Position numbers and translations under genes: made by a program. Positions 19,601 to 32,274 of a stretch of DNA of 64,000 nucleotides are shown here, piece by piece. Source of the stretch: Bradymonadia bacterium (GTDB lineage: Bacteria; Myxococcota_A; Bradymonadia; UBA7976; UBA1532). Position 1 is the first letter of the stretch. Each line of letters starts with the position of its first letter. The stretch is taken from positions 1 to 64,000 of the forward strand of contig JBKAGE010000035.1 in NCBI GenBank assembly GCA_046290225.1, read 5' to 3'. The notes beneath the pieces are model-generated. The model was given only the letters and a program-made list of their open reading frames with translations, did no database searches and was not told where the DNA came from.

Positions 19601-20685
19601 GCGCCAGACGCATCATCTATCCGGTCGCCGTAGGGGCCATGGCTGCCGCAGTCTGGTGGATCTCTCCCAAAGAGCAGGAGATGGCACCTCCCCCTGCCCC
19701 CACTCAGCAAACGGCCACTCAACAAACCCCTGAGTCAAGGCCCACGCAGCCGCTCCAAGACCAGGCGCCCGATGCAAAGGGCCCCGACACCATGACGCCC
19801 GATACCTCGACTCCACAGGGTGCAGCCATCACAGCCATCGCAGTGCACGGGCAGCAGATGCTCACCGGTGACGCCACCGGACACCTCTCGGTGTGGGATC
19901 TCGCAGCCACCCCACCCACACGCCGTAGCTGGGCAGGGCACGCAGGTGCTGTCCGCCAGGTGGCCGCTGATGGTGATGGTTGGATGAGCGTGAGCGGAGA
20001 CGGCACCGTCGCGTGGTGGGGGGCCGACACGCGCATCGTCGAGCGCAAGCGCCAGACCGGCCGCATGCTCAATGATGGGGTGCAGGTGGGCCCCCTTGGC
20101 GCGCTCGTCGTCGACGACAAGGGCACCGTGGCCCGCCTCGACACAGAAGATGCCCAATGGCGCGCTCGCACCTTTCACCTGCAAGGGGCCCTCGCCATCG
20201 CGCGCTCGCCCGACGGCAGCCGGGCCATCAGCGGAGGCGTCGACGGCAGCATCGGCCTGTGGAGCATCACAGGTGATCGTCAGGGTGCCTGGATCGGCCA
20301 CACCGGGTGGGTCACCGATGTGGCCTGGGCGCCGGGGCACCTCGTCACCGCCAGCGCCGACAAAACCGTCTCGCTCTGGGCGGCGCCTGAGGGGGCCATC
20401 GACCCGGACCAGCCTCCGAAGCCTCGAGCCACCCTCACCGGGCACACCGACACAGTGCTCTCTGTCGATGTCGCCGGTGACATGCTCGCCAGCGGCGGGC
20501 TCGATGGCACATTGCGATTGTGGTCCCTCACCACTGGCGCTCTCGCACGCCAGACCAACACTGGCGGGCCCATCTATCATGTCGCCTTCAATGGCCCCCA
20601 GGTCATCACCGGGGGTGACGGCAGCGTGAAGCTGTGGCAAATCGACACCCTCGAACTGATCCGCACTCTGGGAGAGACCCCATGA
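19597..20685 (+). CDS. Membrane-anchored WD40-repeat protein
   Basis: GH..V..VA..LVTASADKTVSLW-type repeats; N-terminal TM and Pro/Gln linker; ATGA overlap with eboE. Confidence 0.85.
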   Translation: MSARRIIYPVAVGAMAAAVWWISPKEQEMAPPPAPTQQTATQQTPESRPTQPLQDQAPDAKGPDTMTPDTSTPQGAAITAIAVHGQQMLTGDATGHLSVWDLAATPPTRRSWAGHAGAVRQVAADGDGWMSVSGDGTVAWWGADTRIVERKRQTGRMLNDGVQVGPLGALVVDDKGTVARLDTEDAQWRARTFHLQGALAIARSPDGSRAISGGVDGSIGLWSITGDRQGAWIGHTGWVTDVAWAPGHLVTASADKTVSLWAAPEGAIDPDQPPKPRATLTGHTDTVLSVDVAGDMLASGGLDGTLRLWSLTTGALARQTNTGGPIYHVAFNGPQVITGGDGSVKLWQIDTLELIRTLGETP

Positions 20686-21269
20686 GCTTCGCCCAACTGA
20701 TCGCCGAAGGGGCCACGATAGAGGCCATGGCCGAGCTGCTCGACGGCCTCGATCACGACGGCCGAGTGCAGGCGATCCGCGCAGTGGGCGGCAAAAGCCA
20801 AAAAGCCTTGTGGCAGCGGGCTGAAGGCCATGTGGCGCAGATGCACGACATCGTGCCCCCTGACGTGCCCCCGCTCACCCCGGTGCGGCACTTCGGCAAG
20901 AACTCGTTGCCCCTCTTCAGCCATTTCGAGAAGCGCTTCTGTCGCCCTGCGGAAGATGCTGATGTCTGGTGGGGTTACAACCACCAGCCCAACGCCTGGA
21001 TCACCGGACCAGGCTATTTCTTCTGCAAGGCCTCAGAGGCCGCCGAGCGAGGCGCCGTGGTCGTCGACTACCACCACGTGCCGCCTGCAGGTGCCCCTCT
21101 GCCCGAGGGGTGGCCCGCACCGAAGCCCAACGACAAGGGCCTCAGCCGCCCGGTCTACGGCTTCATGGAAGACTATCTGCGTCGCGTCAGCGCCCACGTC
21201 ACCATCGGACGGGCCTGGCGCCATGGAAAGGCCACCGGCAATTACTTTATTTTGTGCCGAGAGTCTTGA
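20682..21269 (+). CDS. Hypothetical protein
   Basis: ATGA overlap with upstream gene; globular sequence (HFGKNSLPLFSHFEKRFCRP, TGPGYF, DYLRRVS). Confidence 0.75.
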   Translation: MSFAQLIAEGATIEAMAELLDGLDHDGRVQAIRAVGGKSQKALWQRAEGHVAQMHDIVPPDVPPLTPVRHFGKNSLPLFSHFEKRFCRPAEDADVWWGYNHQPNAWITGPGYFFCKASEAAERGAVVVDYHHVPPAGAPLPEGWPAPKPNDKGLSRPVYGFMEDYLRRVSAHVTIGRAWRHGKATGNYFILCRES

Positions 21270-21279
21270 GGAACACCCT

Positions 21280-22107
21280 ATGCGTCACCCCATCTATGCA
21301 GCCCTCGCCCTGAGCCTGATCGCTGGCCCGGCGTGCAACACCAAGCAGCCAGGCACCGAGAGCAGCGCCAAGAACAGCGCCGAGCAGGCCCCCAAGCAAG
21401 CCACCCAGAACGCCGCCCAACAGGCGAAGAAGGGTCCCAAGGCGATCCCGCTGAGCAAGGTGCAGTCCGCGGCGAAGATCCTCGCCGAGGCCAAGGCCAA
21501 CCAGGCCAAGGGCCAGCTGCCCGGGGACAGCCAGGCCAAGCTGGCCAAGATGATGGGTCAGAGCAAGATGGCCCAAAAGAGTGGCAGCCAGCTCGGACAG
21601 CTCAAGGCCGGCACCAACAACCAGCTCGCTCCGCCTCCGGGCACGCCGATGAACAGCCCGCTCATCGAGGCCATCTTCAAGCAGAAGAACATCGACATTC
21701 GCCGGTGTTACGAGCCTGAGCTGTTGCACCAGCGCGATCTCAAGGGCGTGCTGGTCTTCGACATCAGCCTCACCGCAGCAGGCGCGGTCTCCGATCTGAA
21801 GCTGGTGAGCAGCACCCTGAACAACGAGAAGGTGGAGGCCTGCTTGCAGCCGCGCATCAAGAGCTGGGCCTTCCCTGCCCGCTCCACCGATGTCACGGTG
21901 CGCCACACCCTCACCCTGCAGCCCCCCTGGATCAAGCCTCAGGCCCGGGATCTCAAGCGCCTGACCCGCCAGCCCCTGAAGCTGCGGCCACAGGACTTCC
22001 AGCAGCTGCGGAAGAAAGCCCTGGTGGTGCCTTCCCCCAAGAAGGCCCAACCTCAGAAAGCCAGCAACACCCCAGACAGCGCCTCCAAGGCCCCCGCCAC
22101 CCCCTGA
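21280..22107 (+). CDS. Lipoprotein with AgmX/PglI (TonB-C-like) domain
   Basis: Lipobox GPAC; IRRCYEPELL..LKGVLVF..GAV..VEACL..IKSWAFP. Confidence 0.75.
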   Translation: MRHPIYAALALSLIAGPACNTKQPGTESSAKNSAEQAPKQATQNAAQQAKKGPKAIPLSKVQSAAKILAEAKANQAKGQLPGDSQAKLAKMMGQSKMAQKSGSQLGQLKAGTNNQLAPPPGTPMNSPLIEAIFKQKNIDIRRCYEPELLHQRDLKGVLVFDISLTAAGAVSDLKLVSSTLNNEKVEACLQPRIKSWAFPARSTDVTVRHTLTLQPPWIKPQARDLKRLTRQPLKLRPQDFQQLRKKALVVPSPKKAQPQKASNTPDSASKAPATP

Positions 22108-22112
22108 TCGCC

Positions 22113-22901
22113 ATGGATCAAGATCCACGCTTCGGCGGCATCGCCCGCCTCTACGGCCAGCACAGCTTCGAACGGCTGCGACACGCTCGGGTGTGCGTCA
22201 TCGGCATTGGTGGCGTAGGCACCTGGACGGTGGAGGCCCTCGCCCGCACCGGCATCGGCCACCTGACCCTCGTCGATCTCGACGAGATCTGCGTCACCAA
22301 CACCAACCGGCAGCTGCACACCCTCGACGGTGAAGTGGGCAAAGCCAAGGTGCAGGTGATGGCCGAGCGCGTCGCCCGCATCAACCCGGACTGCGTCGTC
22401 ACTCAAGCCCTCGAGTTCTTCACAGCCAAGAGCGCCGATCGACTCTTCGCCGACGTGCTCACCGGGCACGATCTCATCGTCGACGCCATCGACTCTGCTC
22501 GCCAGAAGGCCCTGCTCATCGCTCGCTGTGTCGCCGAGAAGTTGCCCATCGTCACCGTGGGCAGCGCCGGTGGCCGGCGTGATCCTGGTGCCATCGGCCG
22601 CTCGGATCTCACCGCCACGGTGAAAGATCCATTGTTGCGCGAGGTGAGGCGTTATCTACGACGAGAGCACGGGTTCCCCCACGATGGCCCCTGGGGCATC
22701 CCGGCGGTCTACAGCAGGGAGCCCGCTCGATACCCCGACGGCGAGGGCGGCACCTGCGACAGCCCTGTAGACGGCAGCCTGCGCATCGACTGCGCCTCGG
22801 GCTTCGGCACAGCGGCTATGGTGACGGGCACGGTGGGCCTCTTCGCAGCAGCAAGCGCCGTCGATGTGCTGCTCGAGCAACCGCGTCACGCTCAGTCGTA
22901 G
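22113..22901 (+). CDS. tcdA: tRNA threonylcarbamoyladenosine dehydratase (ThiF family)
   Basis: RFGGIARLYG, IGIGGVGTWTVEALARTG, DLDEICVTNTNRQ, DAID, DPLL, DCASGFG. Confidence 0.92.
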   Translation: MDQDPRFGGIARLYGQHSFERLRHARVCVIGIGGVGTWTVEALARTGIGHLTLVDLDEICVTNTNRQLHTLDGEVGKAKVQVMAERVARINPDCVVTQALEFFTAKSADRLFADVLTGHDLIVDAIDSARQKALLIARCVAEKLPIVTVGSAGGRRDPGAIGRSDLTATVKDPLLREVRRYLRREHGFPHDGPWGIPAVYSREPARYPDGEGGTCDSPVDGSLRIDCASGFGTAAMVTGTVGLFAAASAVDVLLEQPRHAQS

Positions 22902-23482
22902 AACATCGCGTCGAGCACGAACCCACCCCCAAAGACCGGCCGGTCGACATCGAAAGTCGAGGCGTCGAAGACGAAGCCGGGTTGAATGCCCGCGCCCCAC
23001 AACCGCACGAGTTCGAAGTGCACGCCTGCCCGAGCGACGCTGGAGATGGCAAAACCCGGATCTTCATAGTCGTCTCCGAGAGCCGACATGTTCTCCAACC
23101 ACCGATAACCAGGCCCTGCGCCCACGCTGAGCCGCCCGATGAGTCGCGTCCCCACCTGCCACCGCATCATGGCCCTCAACGCGATCCCAGGGCTCAGACA
23201 CGACTCTTGATATGCCGGCGCGATCAGCTGGTCGTCTGGTGAGAGCGTCCGAGTCGGGCATGCGCTCCCACCTTCGAGGATGCTGAGCACCTCGCCCCCT
23301 ATCGCGAGAGACGGGCTGATGTTCCAGAGGGCCTGGAAGGCCATGTCCACGCGGAGATCCTGACCGCGGGTGTGGGGGGCGCCGATGATGAGGCCACCGC
23401 CGAGAGAGACCCGATCTTCAGTGATCTCCTGTGAGGATTGAGGCGGTGCGGACAATACGGCCAGAGCGATCAGTGGGAGCAC
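22892..23482 (-). CDS. Secreted small beta-barrel-like protein (paralog 1)
   Basis: Signal peptide; amphipathic strands; ends MFYD; clearly similar to the next ORF. Confidence 0.65.
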   Translation of the reverse strand: MLPLIALAVLSAPPQSSQEITEDRVSLGGGLIIGAPHTRGQDLRVDMAFQALWNISPSLAIGGEVLSILEGGSACPTRTLSPDDQLIAPAYQESCLSPGIALRAMMRWQVGTRLIGRLSVGAGPGYRWLENMSALGDDYEDPGFAISSVARAGVHFELVRLWGAGIQPGFVFDASTFDVDRPVFGGGFVLDAMFYD

Positions 23483-23515
23483 GATGTATCTCCAAAATAC
23501 CAGCGCGTGACACAG

Positions 23516-24082
23516 TCAGTCATAGAACACACAGTCGATGCCAACACCAAAGCCGAGAACGGGCCGCTCGAGCCCCACCGTGGAGGCATCGGCCACCAGT
23601 CCGGGCTGGATGCCTGCTCCCCACACTGTGAGCGGCTCAAGGTAGAACCCAGCGCGGGCAACGGTGGAGAGCACCCACCTGGGCGCGTCCAGCTTGGTCT
23701 CACCCTCAAAGTCACCATATTCTTCTTGATACCCGGGACCCGCACCCATGCTGAGCCGGCCGACAATCGTTCGACCGAATTCAAAGCGCATCATGAGCCG
23801 CAGCGCCTGGGTGTCTCGCCCACAGTAGGGCTCCAAACCAGCGTCCACCTCCTCGAAACAGGCAGGCGGCTGCTCCAGGCTGACGGCAAACTCCCCACCC
23901 ACGAAGAGCCCCCTGCCCGCAGCCCACAAGGCATGAAACGCGAAATCGACCCTCGGATCGCTCCCACCCGTGTGTGGGAACCCCAAAGCGAGGTGATGGC
24001 CGAAGTTCGCCCGTGCTTCTCTTGCTGCTGAGATGTTCTGTGGGGGCACAGCCAGAATGGCCAGCGCCAGCAGAGCAACCAT
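23516..24082 (-). CDS. Secreted small beta-barrel-like protein (paralog 2)
   Basis: Shares PHT.G.D.RVD.AF.ALW, GRLS.GAGPGY, VARAG, WGAGIQPG.V.DAST, RPV.G.G..D..FYD with 22892-23482; RBS gaggagg. Confidence 0.7.
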   Translation of the reverse strand: MVALLALAILAVPPQNISAAREARANFGHHLALGFPHTGGSDPRVDFAFHALWAAGRGLFVGGEFAVSLEQPPACFEEVDAGLEPYCGRDTQALRLMMRFEFGRTIVGRLSMGAGPGYQEEYGDFEGETKLDAPRWVLSTVARAGFYLEPLTVWGAGIQPGLVADASTVGLERPVLGFGVGIDCVFYD

Positions 24083-24159
24083 GGCGCGTCCTCCTCAGCA
24101 TGGATAGAGCCGAGGGCACGCCGGGGTGTCACGTGGTTCGCTCGCAAGAACGCTGTGGC

Positions 24160-24564
24160 CTAAAACGCTTCTTTCGCGCGGGCGTTCTCGATCAGCTGCT
24201 CCAGGGCAGCCCAGTCCACCTTGTTGGCCATGAACTTGCCCGTGATCTTCTTCTCTTTGACGTAGAGCTTGCCGTCGCGCACCGACAAGTCGGAGATGTA
24301 TCTGAAATCATGGCGCTTCTTCACCGGGCCGAGGAGCGCGGGCATCACTACGGCGTCGGACTCGATCCAGAAGAACGGCTTGCTCATGTAAGCCGGCGCC
24401 ATGAGGCAACAGATGAGGCCGGGGATGATCGAGGCGATGTTGACTCGACCTGTCATCACCCCCACGGCGATGCCCAGCCCCAAAGACAAAAGCCCCAGGA
24501 CCAACATGATGATGCCCACAGGCTTGGGGTAGCCCACTCGATGCAAGATGCCATCTTCGCTCAT
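24160..24564 (-). CDS. Small two-TM membrane protein
   Basis: Two hydrophobic helices followed by a soluble domain. Confidence 0.65.
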   Translation of the reverse strand: MSEDGILHRVGYPKPVGIIMLVLGLLSLGLGIAVGVMTGRVNIASIIPGLICCLMAPAYMSKPFFWIESDAVVMPALLGPVKKRHDFRYISDLSVRDGKLYVKEKKITGKFMANKVDWAALEQLIENARAKEAF

Positions 24565-24738
24565 GATGCGCTCCAAATCTCGAAGGGGGAGAGCATGAGG
24601 TGACGCGATGCCCATGGCAAGGGCTGTCGTCGACTCTGCTCGACGACTCTGCTCGACACTGCAGGCACTCGTGTACGCAGGCCTGCGCGCTTCGATCTAT
24701 GCCATCCCCCTGCTATGGTGCCCGGGACCGGGGGCAAC

Positions 24739-26091
24739 ATGAGACACATCTACACCTTCATTGCGCTGCTCTGCGTTTTGCCGTGGGCATCTGCCCACGG
24801 GCAGCGCACCCCACAGGGTGTCTATCTCGACAGCCGCGACCCGTGGATCCTGGCACCGCAAAGACTGGTCAATCGCCAGCTCGACCTGCAGCTCGACCAG
24901 ACTCAACAATCCGGACGCACGCTCTCAAGGCGCTTGCCCGAGGATTTCAACCTCGCAGCTGACGCCCACAGCGCCCTGCGCTTTGCCCTGCCCGGTGAAG
25001 AGCCGGGGACATATCACGGCCTCTATGTGTTCGACGTCTATAGTCGGGTCGCGCCCTTTAAAGGCCTCGAGGTCGGCTTCAATCCGACCTTCTACAATCC
25101 CAGCGCCAGCGCAGGCTATCGCCGTGAGTCTTTGGTGCGCTCCGGGTTGAGCATCTTCATCGAGCACCCTCTGACCCACATCGATGGCGATCCGCTCATC
25201 GGCCGGGCCCTCATCCACGATCTGGGGCCGGTCACTTTGGGGCGAGGGCTCTTTCTCGAAGACTGGCCCGTCGAAGGCAACGCTGGGGGGTTGTACTGGC
25301 GGGGCTGGTCCCTCGACCAAATGATGTTGGGCCGCACGATCTGGGACAATGACGACGTCCTCGTACTCAGCGGCGGGGCCTTCGATCGCACGATCACGCT
25401 CAACATGATGCACTGGCTCTTCTCGACTCGGCGGCCATCGACCTTGATGTCCCTCGCTGGGGGTGGTGCGCCGACCTCTTGGTGGGGACTCGGCGCCGAG
25501 GTGGGCATCAACCTGCGCACTCAAGCCATCGCCGCCCTGTGGCGATCTGATCTGCGACACAAATGGGGTGATCGTGCCTCTGTCCATCTCGGTTATCAGG
25601 GCCGCCACTACGGTGCCACGGTAAGCCCAAACCGGAACTACGCGTTCACCAGCTTGGAGTTCAACCCACCCTGGAGAGAGTACGGATATGTGACCAATGC
25701 CGCAGAGTTCATGGACGCAGCCACTCTGTTCCCTCAGTGGTCTCATACGCTGATGTTCGAAGGTAGCCTGCGCATGATCCAGCGGCTGAGCTTCTTCACC
25801 GACATCGAGGGTTTCTATCGATGGGCAGGCACAGCCCCCGATGCGTCACGCACCTTCCGCAGCCGCGCCGATGGCACGCCGCTCCCTGGCCGTACACTCC
25901 GCTGGTTCCATCGACTGGGCCTCAACTGGCAGCCTTGGGCAGGCAAGCCTCATCGCATCAGAAGCATGGTGGTCAACAAACAGGTCATCGACCGATCGTT
26001 GGGAGTCGTGAAGCCCGCGTACACGCATTATCTACACCGGCGATTTCTCTTCGAGTCGGTCTGGGCTCTAGAGGTGGAGGTACGGCTGTGA
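24739..26091 (+). CDS. Hypothetical secreted or outer-membrane protein
   Basis: Signal peptide ..WASAHG; beta-strand C-terminus ALEVEVRL. Confidence 0.65.
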   Translation: MRHIYTFIALLCVLPWASAHGQRTPQGVYLDSRDPWILAPQRLVNRQLDLQLDQTQQSGRTLSRRLPEDFNLAADAHSALRFALPGEEPGTYHGLYVFDVYSRVAPFKGLEVGFNPTFYNPSASAGYRRESLVRSGLSIFIEHPLTHIDGDPLIGRALIHDLGPVTLGRGLFLEDWPVEGNAGGLYWRGWSLDQMMLGRTIWDNDDVLVLSGGAFDRTITLNMMHWLFSTRRPSTLMSLAGGGAPTSWWGLGAEVGINLRTQAIAALWRSDLRHKWGDRASVHLGYQGRHYGATVSPNRNYAFTSLEFNPPWREYGYVTNAAEFMDAATLFPQWSHTLMFEGSLRMIQRLSFFTDIEGFYRWAGTAPDASRTFRSRADGTPLPGRTLRWFHRLGLNWQPWAGKPHRIRSMVVNKQVIDRSLGVVKPAYTHYLHRRFLFESVWALEVEVRL

Positions 26092-27122
26092 AGTGGTTGC
26101 TCTGGGCGCTGCTCGCCCTCACGGCGGGGTGCAGCATCGATGACCCCTACCCACCTCAAAAAGCGCTGATTCAGGTCAGTCTGTACAGCCCATTGGAGGG
26201 CCCTCTCCGTGTCGCGGTGGTGTGGTCGAGCGATGATGGGCTCTATGTCTCCAGCGACACCCCCCTCGCGTTGAATGCCGATGGCCTTGAAGGCAGCTTC
26301 GAGGCCAGCCTGCCCCCACCTGAGATCCGCGCCCAGCTCTCCATATCAAATCAATACCCCTTCGATCAGTTGCCACAGGTTCAGGGGTCGACTCCCATGT
26401 TGGTGGTGGTCTATCGAGATGATGGCGACGAGCAGCTCACGCTGCCCTCTCCAGGCCAGCTCGATACCAGCCCTGACCTACTGGTGGGCACCTCCTCCAA
26501 TGGCAGCGAGACCGGTCTGGTGCTGATCGATGACTTCGAGACATGGTTCGCAGCTCTGAGCCCTCAACAAACACGCCACTACTATCAGGCAACAGGTGGT
26601 CGCTATACACCGCTCATCGCCAACCCCAGCTACTCTGAGGATGGCGATGTCGTACACCGCCTCTGGATCGGCGGTGATGCCCTTGCCGCTCAAGCACAGT
26701 TGATGTGTGAGGGTGCCTCACCGATTCGTGGCGACACTCCACCCACCCCCCGCACCATTGATCCCCGTGTGCTCGAAGAGGGCTCGCTGGCCACCTTTGG
26801 CATGCTGTGTGGTGGTCGCACCCTCTGTGCGTTGGGTGACGTTATGGAAGCATACACAGCCTTCATCACCCAACCTGGCATTGCTGGCGCAAGCTACAAC
26901 GAATGTTATGACAGCCGGTATTTGGACTACCTCACAGACTCATATCAGGCGCTCTTCAGCTCGATCGTCGTCTATACATGCGACCAGGCATGTCCGTGCC
27001 AGCGCACCTACGCTGACATCGTGCTGATCACCCTCATAGATGATCCCCCACCAGGCTGGCCCTGTACCTCGGAAGATCCTGAAGAGACAGAGGGCGATGA
27101 AGAGACCGAAGAGGCTGAGTAG
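26088..27122 (+). CDS. Hypothetical lipoprotein
   Basis: GTG start overlapping upstream stop, RBS ggagg; lipobox LTAGC; Cys-rich and acidic C-terminus. Confidence 0.7.
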   Translation: MKWLLWALLALTAGCSIDDPYPPQKALIQVSLYSPLEGPLRVAVVWSSDDGLYVSSDTPLALNADGLEGSFEASLPPPEIRAQLSISNQYPFDQLPQVQGSTPMLVVVYRDDGDEQLTLPSPGQLDTSPDLLVGTSSNGSETGLVLIDDFETWFAALSPQQTRHYYQATGGRYTPLIANPSYSEDGDVVHRLWIGGDALAAQAQLMCEGASPIRGDTPPTPRTIDPRVLEEGSLATFGMLCGGRTLCALGDVMEAYTAFITQPGIAGASYNECYDSRYLDYLTDSYQALFSSIVVYTCDQACPCQRTYADIVLITLIDDPPPGWPCTSEDPEETEGDEETEEAE

Positions 27123-27167
27123 CTTCTCTCATCGTGCTACCCCACTCAACCTGAGCGCATTGCACGC

Positions 27168-28151
27168 TCAGTGATGCACTCGCACCGCCTCCGGCGTCTG
27201 CCCCGTCCAGCCTTTGAATGCCCGATAGAACGAGTTGGGCTCCTCGAAACCCAACAGGAACGAGATCTCCGCCGGCGCAAGGGCTGTCTGCGTGAGATAG
27301 TGCCGAGCCAGGGCCTCGCGGGTGGCGTTGAGCACCTGCTGAAACGAGGTGCCCTCCGACTTGAGGCGGCGCTGCAGAGTTCGGGGGCTCACCGCCAGAC
27401 GATCTGCCACAGCATCGACGCTCCCTTGACCACTGGGCAGGCCCTCGAGCAGCACCGCCCGGGCGCGCTCGGCAAAGGTAGCCGTCTCGCCCAACTCTGC
27501 GAGTCGACGCCGCAACTCGGGCTCGAAGATCTGCCACATGGCATCGTTCGCCGTGACGAAGGGCCGATGCATGTCCTCGGCGTCGAAGGTCACCGTATAT
27601 TGCACGCTGATCTCTGGCATCACCCCCATGAAAGACGCCATCGCCGTGAGATCTTCGGGCATGTGTGTCGAGGTCACCGAGACAGGACACACCTCGGAGC
27701 GGGTGCCCAGGCGTACCAGCCACACCATGAAGAGCAGCTCGACCCAAATCAGAGACACTGGCAGCTCGGGGATGTCCGCGGGCCAGGCATATGTGATCAC
27801 CGTGGTCGTCTCTGCGTGCTCGATATCTAGCCGCAGCGGCCCGATGAGGGGCTTGTAGTGTTGAAGGCGTTGCGCCGCTGTAGCCAGGTTGGGACTGCAC
27901 AGCGCCGCGAAGAGCGGCGGCGAGAAGTACTCTGCCCGCAGTACTGAAATGATGTGCAGAGGCAATTGCGGATCAGCAGCCTCAGCCTCGATGGCCTGCC
28001 ACAGGCGATGGTAGGCAGAAGCCTCGAGGCGTTCTCCAGGGCGCGTAAGCAAATCATCGGGCAGCCCCGCCCGGCGCAACACCACCCTGGGGCTCACCCC
28101 AAGCTCGACGAGGAGAGATTGCCAGTTGGCGTCGAGGGCATAGGTGTACAT
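27168..28151 (-). CDS. AraC-family transcriptional regulator
   Basis: C-terminal SPRTLQRRL..GTSF..LARHYL..EISFLLGFEEPNSFYRAFKGWTGQTP. Confidence 0.92.
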   Translation of the reverse strand: MYTYALDANWQSLLVELGVSPRVVLRRAGLPDDLLTRPGERLEASAYHRLWQAIEAEAADPQLPLHIISVLRAEYFSPPLFAALCSPNLATAAQRLQHYKPLIGPLRLDIEHAETTTVITYAWPADIPELPVSLIWVELLFMVWLVRLGTRSEVCPVSVTSTHMPEDLTAMASFMGVMPEISVQYTVTFDAEDMHRPFVTANDAMWQIFEPELRRRLAELGETATFAERARAVLLEGLPSGQGSVDAVADRLAVSPRTLQRRLKSEGTSFQQVLNATREALARHYLTQTALAPAEISFLLGFEEPNSFYRAFKGWTGQTPEAVRVHH

Positions 28152-28963
28152 CAGAACTGGCTCATCACGGCTTTGTCGAAGGCGCGATCCCCGAACCACT
28201 TGCGCACGGCGATCATCGGCCTAGCGTACTTGCCCGCAACATATCGCGTCTTGGGGCGCTTCGCCTTCACCGCCTTGGAGACCACCCGGGCGATGACCTC
28301 TGGCGCGCTGCCATTCTTCGCCTCGTATGCCCCCCGAGTGGCATCAGCCACCTTGTGGGCCAGCTCGCCATATGCGCCATCACCAGAGCGCTCGATCATG
28401 GGATCGGACAACACATCACCAAACTCGGTGAGGATGATGCCAGGCTCGACGATGACCACATCGACACCGAACTGCGCCACCTCGAGCCTCAAGCAGTCGG
28501 ACCACCCCTCCAGCGCGTGCTTGGTGGCGTGGTACCACGCCCCAAGGGGGGTATAGATCTTCCCACCCATGGAAGAGATGTTGATGATCTTGCCGGCCTT
28601 CTGTTCACGCATGTGGGGCAACACGAGCTGGGTGAGCCGCGCCAGGCCGAAGAGGTTCACCTCGAACTGATACCGCGCGTCGTCGATGCTGGTGTCTTCT
28701 ACAGCACCATACAGACCAAAGCCCGCGTTGTTGACGAGCACATCGACACCACCATGCTCACGCTCGATCTGCCCAATGACCCCAGCCACATTGGCATGAT
28801 CAGTGACATCGAGTCGTACAGGGATCGCCCCCTGCTCGGCAAGATCGGCCATCCGCTCCACACGCCGTGCGGCAACGTACACAGTGTAACCATCGGCGAT
28901 CAGTTGAGTGGCAATGCTCTTGCCAATGCCCGAGGAAGCGCCCGTGACGAGTGCAGTCTTCAT
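28151..28963 (-). CDS. Short-chain dehydrogenase/reductase
   Basis: TGASSGIG, NNAG, YHATK. Confidence 0.95.
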   Translation of the reverse strand: MKTALVTGASSGIGKSIATQLIADGYTVYVAARRVERMADLAEQGAIPVRLDVTDHANVAGVIGQIEREHGGVDVLVNNAGFGLYGAVEDTSIDDARYQFEVNLFGLARLTQLVLPHMREQKAGKIINISSMGGKIYTPLGAWYHATKHALEGWSDCLRLEVAQFGVDVVIVEPGIILTEFGDVLSDPMIERSGDGAYGELAHKVADATRGAYEAKNGSAPEVIARVVSKAVKAKRPKTRYVAGKYARPMIAVRKWFGDRAFDKAVMSQF

Positions 28964-29121
28964 GTCGTGTCTCCTGTGTCGTGGTTGATCAGGAGACTAA
29001 TGGGCGAAAGGCGAGACTGAGGCATCAGATGGCGACACAGCGCCATCAAAAGGCGCCAGCCCTCCTCAGCCCGAACACAGAGCCTACTTCAGGGCCGGGC
29101 CGCGGAGGGCTGTAAGGCCAA

Positions 29122-32049
<2,928 letters not shown>

Positions 32050-32274
32050 CGAGAAGCTCCCTTATGGGGAGGTGGGCATGGGGCGGGTATTGTAAGGACG
32101 CCCTTAGACAGCGCAAGGGCCCCACTCAACAAACGCCCCAAGGTATCCCTCAGAATGCCGGGGGACAACAGCCACCGCTCCGGGAACAAACCCATAGAGA
32201 GGGCACCCTGCCGAGCGGCATCTACACGAAAGTCACCTGTAGAAACGCGCCGTCCACGCCGAAGGATTCTACGC

